A DNA stretch of 64,000 nt from assembly GCA_964636125.1 (NCBI GenBank), contig CAZWPX010000023.1, positions 1,010-65,009 of the forward strand. The letters are read 5' to 3'. Below, piece after piece: positions 59,568 to 64,000 of this stretch. The notes beneath the pieces were generated by a model. The model was not told the origin of the DNA. It searched no databases and saw only the letters and a list, made by a program, of their open reading frames with translations. Positions within the stretch are counted from its first letter, which is position 1; each line of letters opens with the position of its first letter. The translations under genes and the position numbers were made by a program. Source of the DNA: an uncultured Desulfobacterales bacterium (GTDB taxonomy: Bacteria; Desulfobacterota; Desulfobacteria; Desulfobacterales; CAJINA01).

Positions 59568-61556
59568 GTGATCCAGGTACCGAGCATAAGCTGGCGGATG
59601 CTTTCTCAGGAGCCCTCCCGGGTGGAAATTCCCCGAGGCCTGGACAGAGCGTGGCATCGGGCCGCCGGTGCCGCCGGGAGTGTTTCCCTTCGAACAAAAA
59701 GATTTATCCGCCGGGCGGAGGGTATCGTTTCCATGGACAAGCTCTTTGCGCACCTATCCGACAAAGAGTTGAGTAAAATAATCCCGCCCCTGCGGGATCG
59801 ATTTCGCCTTGGCCGGGACACAGCCGAAGATCAAAACCGGGCCTTTGCCATCGTCCGGGAAGTCGCCGGGAGAACGATCGGCATGCGCCCCTTTACGGTC
59901 CAAGTGGCCTGCGGGCTGGCAATGGAATCCGGCTGCATTGCGGAAATGGCCACCGGTGAGGGGAAAACCCTGGCCGCAACCATGCCCGCCGTTCTGGCGG
60001 GCTGGCGCAACCGGGGATGCCACGTGGTGACGGCCAATGAATACCTGGCCGCGCGGGATGCCGGTTGGATGGCGCCTGTTTACCGGTTCTGCGGATTGAC
60101 GGTCGGATGGGTGGCAAACACCATGGGCCCGGAGCAACGGCGGCGGGCCTACGACGCTCACATCACTTACTGCACAAGCAAGGAGATCGCAGCCGATTTC
60201 CTGCGCGACCGTCTTACCCTGGGCCCCATCCGGGGACTTTCTGCAGCGCTTCTGGCGAAACTGGCCGGACGCGGCCCCGACCGGATCAACGGCCTGGTTC
60301 AAAGCAGCCTGGGGTGTGCCATTATAGACGAAGCCGACGCGGTGCTCGTGGACGAAGCGGTCACACCGCTGATCATTTCAGGTTCCGGGCAGAACCCGGA
60401 CCATGCACAAGCCATTGCCGAAGCCGCTCGTCTGGCCGCGAAGCTTGCGCCGGAAAAGGACTACCGGGTAGATCGGCGATATCACGAAATCACCCTGACC
60501 GCAGCCGGAGAGGCCCGGATGGCCGGGATGGCCGAATCCCTTGGCGGCCTTTGGAGAATTTCCCGGCACCGTGAAGAACTCGTCGTTCAAGCGATCACTG
60601 CCCGGGAATTTTTTGTTCGGGACAAGCAGTATGTCGTCGACAATCAGACGGTGGTCATCATCGATGAATTCTCAGGGCGGCTCATGCCCGACAGGACCTG
60701 GCGTGACGGTCTCCACCAGGCGATCGAGGCAAAAGAGGATCTCGAGATTCATCTGCCCAGGGAAACCCTGGCCCGGATCAGCTTCCAGCGTTTTTTTCGT
60801 CTTTACGGGAAGCTGTCCGGAATGACGGGAACCGCGGCAGAGATTCGAAATGAATTCTGGCAAATTTACCGTCTTCCGGTGGTCGTCATCCCGCCCCGGC
60901 GCGCCTGTCAACGGTCCCTGCGACCGGATCGCATATTTTCAAATAAAGATGCGAAATGGAGGGCGGTCATCGATGAAATCCGCAGCGCGCACGAAATCGG
61001 GCGGCCGGTCCTGGTGGGGACCCGCAGCGTGGCAGCCAGCGAGTCTCTTGGCCGGCAGTTAACCGTCGAAAAGCTGGATCACGAGGTCCTCAATGCCGTC
61101 CGGCATGACGCCGAGGCGAGGATCATCGCCGACGCCGGCCGAAGCGGGCGCATTACCGTCGCCACGAACATGGCCGGGAGAGGAACCGATATCCGCCTGG
61201 GCCCCAATGTAGCCGAGCTGGGGGGACTGCATGTGGTCGCCACCGAGCTTCACGAAACCCGCCGGATCGACCGGCAATTATACGGCCGGTGCGCCCGCCA
61301 GGGCGATCCCGGCAGCGCCCGGGCTTTTGTGAGCCTGGATGACGAATTGCTGCAGCAGCACGCACCTCCGGTCTGGAAAAAAACGGGGTCCGGCACTGGA
61401 GACGGAGGCCGGGAAATCACTTCTGTCTTTTCCCGCCGACGGATCGAACGCGCTCAGCGCCGTGCTGAGCGGGCCGCTTTTCACCGGCGCAGGGAAGTGC
61501 TTCACACAGACCACTGGCTTGACGAACACCTGGGATTTGCGCTTAAAGAAATCTAG
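59568..61556 (+). CDS. SecA-like ATPase, C-terminally truncated paralogue (NBD1-PPXD-NBD2 + first scaffold helix only)
   Basis: It is collinear with E. coli SecA. EMATGEGKTLAA is the Walker A motif (59955-69). Other matching motifs are VVTANEYLAARD, IIDEADAVLVDEAVTPLIISG, RTWRDGLHQAIEAKE, FFRLYGKLSGMTGTA, ATNMAGRGTDI, GGLHVVATELHETRRIDRQLYGRCARQGDPGS. It ends ~40 aa into the scaffold helix (about 650-660 aa, against ~900 for SecA). Start is GTG 59568 or ATG 59598; the track start at 59487 overlaps the previous gene. Confidence 0.9.
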   Translation: MIQVPSISWRMLSQEPSRVEIPRGLDRAWHRAAGAAGSVSLRTKRFIRRAEGIVSMDKLFAHLSDKELSKIIPPLRDRFRLGRDTAEDQNRAFAIVREVAGRTIGMRPFTVQVACGLAMESGCIAEMATGEGKTLAATMPAVLAGWRNRGCHVVTANEYLAARDAGWMAPVYRFCGLTVGWVANTMGPEQRRRAYDAHITYCTSKEIAADFLRDRLTLGPIRGLSAALLAKLAGRGPDRINGLVQSSLGCAIIDEADAVLVDEAVTPLIISGSGQNPDHAQAIAEAARLAAKLAPEKDYRVDRRYHEITLTAAGEARMAGMAESLGGLWRISRHREELVVQAITAREFFVRDKQYVVDNQTVVIIDEFSGRLMPDRTWRDGLHQAIEAKEDLEIHLPRETLARISFQRFFRLYGKLSGMTGTAAEIRNEFWQIYRLPVVVIPPRRACQRSLRPDRIFSNKDAKWRAVIDEIRSAHEIGRPVLVGTRSVAASESLGRQLTVEKLDHEVLNAVRHDAEARIIADAGRSGRITVATNMAGRGTDIRLGPNVAELGGLHVVATELHETRRIDRQLYGRCARQGDPGSARAFVSLDDELLQQHAPPVWKKTGSGTGDGGREITSVFSRRRIERAQRRAERAAFHRRREVLHTDHWLDEHLGFALKEI

Positions 61557-61600
61557 ATTTTAAACACTCACTTTATGGCCCTATTGAAAGGTCGGAGATC

Positions 61601-63667
61601 ATGATTAAACGCTATGGTATATGGGTTGCCGCTGTTCTTTCGATTTTCATCACCATTTCCGTTGCCGGGGGGGAGACCTGCCAACCGATCCTGAACATCC
61701 TGAAAAGCCAGGAATGGAAGCATCGCGACACCAGGGGGGAGATCCATCTCGGCAAGGTCGCGACCCTGCTATATCCCGCCTATACGGTCGCAGCAACCGA
61801 CCGTTACCGGCCGCTCCTCGAGCAGTTGTCCGCGGCCCTGAAAACGCCGGTCAGAAAAGAATACCGGGTCGTTTTGAAGGGATATACAGATTCCCTCGGT
61901 TCACTGGTGGTCAACCAGCGCATCTCCCTGGAACGCGCCCAGGACCTGAAAAAATTGCTGACATCGGATCCATCCATGGCCCTCGACGCCAAAAGAATCC
62001 AAGTAGAGGGCCTTGGGGAGGCCGACCCGGTGGCCTCCAACCAGACGCTTGAGGGGCGGAACCAAAATCGCCGTGTTGAAATTCACATTTACGGCAATGT
62101 GGGAGAGGACGTACGAACGGTCGCTACGGCACCGCCCGCCCCCGTCCCTGTAGCCATGCAAAAGGGAAAACCGGTTATCGCAGGTGCTTTATCGGATAAA
62201 TCTACGTTGCCGTTGTCAATACCGGGGGCACAGACACCACCGGGGCCGGAGACCGTTCGCCTGTCCCTTTTCGATGCCATCCGCCATGGATTGGAAAAAA
62301 ACCTGGAGATTCGGGTGGTCGCCTTTACCCCGCAGCAGGCGCAAGAGGGCATTGCGGATGCGGAATCAGTCTTTGATCCCGAAATTTTCACGGAGGGAAC
62401 CTTCCAGCGGGATCCGAATCTGCAATCGAGCGTCACCCGGGTCGTCATGGAAGATGACAGCCTCCTTCAGACGGGAATTCGAAAGCCCCTTGGCACCGGC
62501 GGCAGCGTGTCCGGCGCCCTGGCAATGAATTACGGGAATCTGATCAACGCCGAGTTCGATCGAACCTACCGGTACACCTTCGCCCCGACCTTTGAAATCA
62601 GGCAACCGCTGCTGAAAAATATCGGCGGCCGGGAAGAAAAGGCCGCCATCAAGATCGCCAACCATCAAATGGGCATTTCCAAAGAGGCGTTTCGTCGGAA
62701 GGTAATCGACATTGCCACCCGGATCTCCAGAGCCTACTGGCGGCTCTACCTGCACCGGGACTATGTGTTGATCGACCGGCAGAATTTCGAAATGGCCGAG
62801 GAGGTCTACCGCCGGGAAACCGTCCGGGTCAAAGAAGGCCTTTCGCAACAGCTTGATGTCGCGCGGGCCCGAAGCAATGCCGAAAGCCGGCGGGGAAACC
62901 TGATTAAATCGAAAGAGCGGTTAAAGGTGGGCACGGACCAGTTAAAGCTCTTGATCAACTGGTCGAATCTGAACATCGACTCGCAGGTAAATATCTTACC
63001 CATCGATGAACCGAGCGCAGAGCCCCTTGATGTGAGCGAAGAAGAAGTCGTTGAAAAAGCGTTCCAGCATCGCCCGGAACTGTTGCAGGCCAAACAGCGG
63101 GTGAGTATCAGTAAGGTCGAAGAAGACCTTTCGCAGCATCTGAAACTGCCGACCCTGGATGTATTCGGGCGGTATGCCGTCAGCGGGTACGGCAGGGAGT
63201 TCTCGGACGCGGTTGACGATACGTCCGTCAACGATGAAGATGCCTGGGCCGCCGGCCTGAACTTTGAATATCCGATCGGCAATCGATCGGTAGTGGCCAA
63301 GGCCCGCATGAAAACGCTCGCGCGCCGTCAGTCGGAAGAACAGGTCGCCCGCCTGCGAAACCAGATCAAACAGGAAATCAAGGAGGTGCTCTCTGCGATT
63401 GTTTATGCCAAAGGTAGAATCGAGTCCACTCAAATAGCGATGGAATCCGCCCGGAGTGTGGTCGAAGGTGAATTCGTACGGTTCGAAATCGGTCAGACGA
63501 CCAATGTGGAACTTCTGCGGGCGCAGGACTCGCTGGCCGCCACCAGCCGCAGTTTCATACAAGCGATTGTGGATTACAATATTGCACTGGCCGAACTGAA
63601 AAGGGTCAAGGGCGAGCTGCACGAGGGGTTGTCGATCGATGAACTCGAAAAGCAAGCCGGAAACTGA
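61601..63667 (+). CDS. OmpA-like peptidoglycan-binding domain fused to a TolC-family outer-membrane channel
   Basis: It has a signal peptide. The OmpA_C pattern is VVLKGYTDSLGSLVVNQRISLERAQDL...GLGEADPVASNQTLEGRNQNRRVEIHIY. Two OEP repeats follow (LSLFDAIRHGLEKNLEI... and ...IVDYNIALAELKRVKGEL). Confidence 0.9.
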   Translation: MIKRYGIWVAAVLSIFITISVAGGETCQPILNILKSQEWKHRDTRGEIHLGKVATLLYPAYTVAATDRYRPLLEQLSAALKTPVRKEYRVVLKGYTDSLGSLVVNQRISLERAQDLKKLLTSDPSMALDAKRIQVEGLGEADPVASNQTLEGRNQNRRVEIHIYGNVGEDVRTVATAPPAPVPVAMQKGKPVIAGALSDKSTLPLSIPGAQTPPGPETVRLSLFDAIRHGLEKNLEIRVVAFTPQQAQEGIADAESVFDPEIFTEGTFQRDPNLQSSVTRVVMEDDSLLQTGIRKPLGTGGSVSGALAMNYGNLINAEFDRTYRYTFAPTFEIRQPLLKNIGGREEKAAIKIANHQMGISKEAFRRKVIDIATRISRAYWRLYLHRDYVLIDRQNFEMAEEVYRRETVRVKEGLSQQLDVARARSNAESRRGNLIKSKERLKVGTDQLKLLINWSNLNIDSQVNILPIDEPSAEPLDVSEEEVVEKAFQHRPELLQAKQRVSISKVEEDLSQHLKLPTLDVFGRYAVSGYGREFSDAVDDTSVNDEDAWAAGLNFEYPIGNRSVVAKARMKTLARRQSEEQVARLRNQIKQEIKEVLSAIVYAKGRIESTQIAMESARSVVEGEFVRFEIGQTTNVELLRAQDSLAATSRSFIQAIVDYNIALAELKRVKGELHEGLSIDELEKQAGN

Positions 63668-64000
63668 GGGTTGGCTATCCTTGTACGGAAAAGCTTCTTG
63701 ATCATTGGATTATCGCAGTAATCTTTTCGCCGGCTGAGACCGAATCTTGTGTTTTTCCATAAACCTGCTATTCTTAACGGGTCCAGTTCATAAATGGCCC
63801 ATGCCAATCTGATCGGCCGCATTAAACTCGATCAAACGTTGCCATTTTTGGATGCGCACGGCCTGAATACTTAAACAACTCCCCAACACTTAACAGTATC
63901 CGTACACAGGTCCCGGCCGCAAATGGTTGAAGATAGCTCCTACATCTATTTTTTCCCTTTTATCTTCGCAGCCCTGTGCATTTTTGTTGTATCACAATAT

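Noticed and set aside
63668-64000. Right-edge region and the minus ORF 63574..63822
   Set aside because: The ORF overlaps the TolC-fusion stop and has no recognisable features. The remaining 330 bp contain no convincing start of a further gene, in particular no ABC transporter.
1-64000. Looked for tRNA, rRNA, tmRNA, CRISPR, integrase/transposase, toxin-antitoxin or known defence-system genes
   Set aside because: I recognised none in the translations or in the intergenic sequences. By eye I cannot exclude small ncRNAs.

Overview
The window looks like a chromosomal segment of a moderately GC-rich anaerobe. Gene content suggests Desulfobacterota, but that is an inference. From left to right it contains: (1) housekeeping genes (partial glycosyltransferase, tag, sppA). 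(2) An 18 kb pfaA-D PUFA-synthase-like lipid/polyketide cluster. (3) An arsR-hgcA-hgcB mercury-methylation module with an orphan solute-binding protein. (4) A 10 kb minus-strand Mrp/Mbh-type antiporter-module operon with four NuoL/M/N-like subunits and an embedded cNMP-binding protein. (5) A mixed accessory stretch with gene remnants, a SLOG/MoCo-carrier-like protein, an SpmA/B membrane protein, NUDIX, nfsA, an M23 peptidase, two hybrid histidine kinases and an unannotated 41-aa Cys-rich peptide. (6) The most interesting part, at 47.1-63.7 kb. A sigma-54-type promoter precedes a 1373-aa LEPR-XLL/DUF4347 repeat protein and a hybrid kinase. An operon follows that encodes three HlyD-type adaptors (one fused to GAF domains, one to a PqqD-like domain plus an M50 protease), a C-terminally truncated SecA paralogue and an OmpA-TolC fusion. 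No ABC, RND or MFS pump is present. I propose this as a candidate undescribed SecA-like-powered trans-envelope secretion system. I recognised no rRNA, tRNA, CRISPR array or transposase. All functional calls come from reading motifs in the translations; no database search was run.
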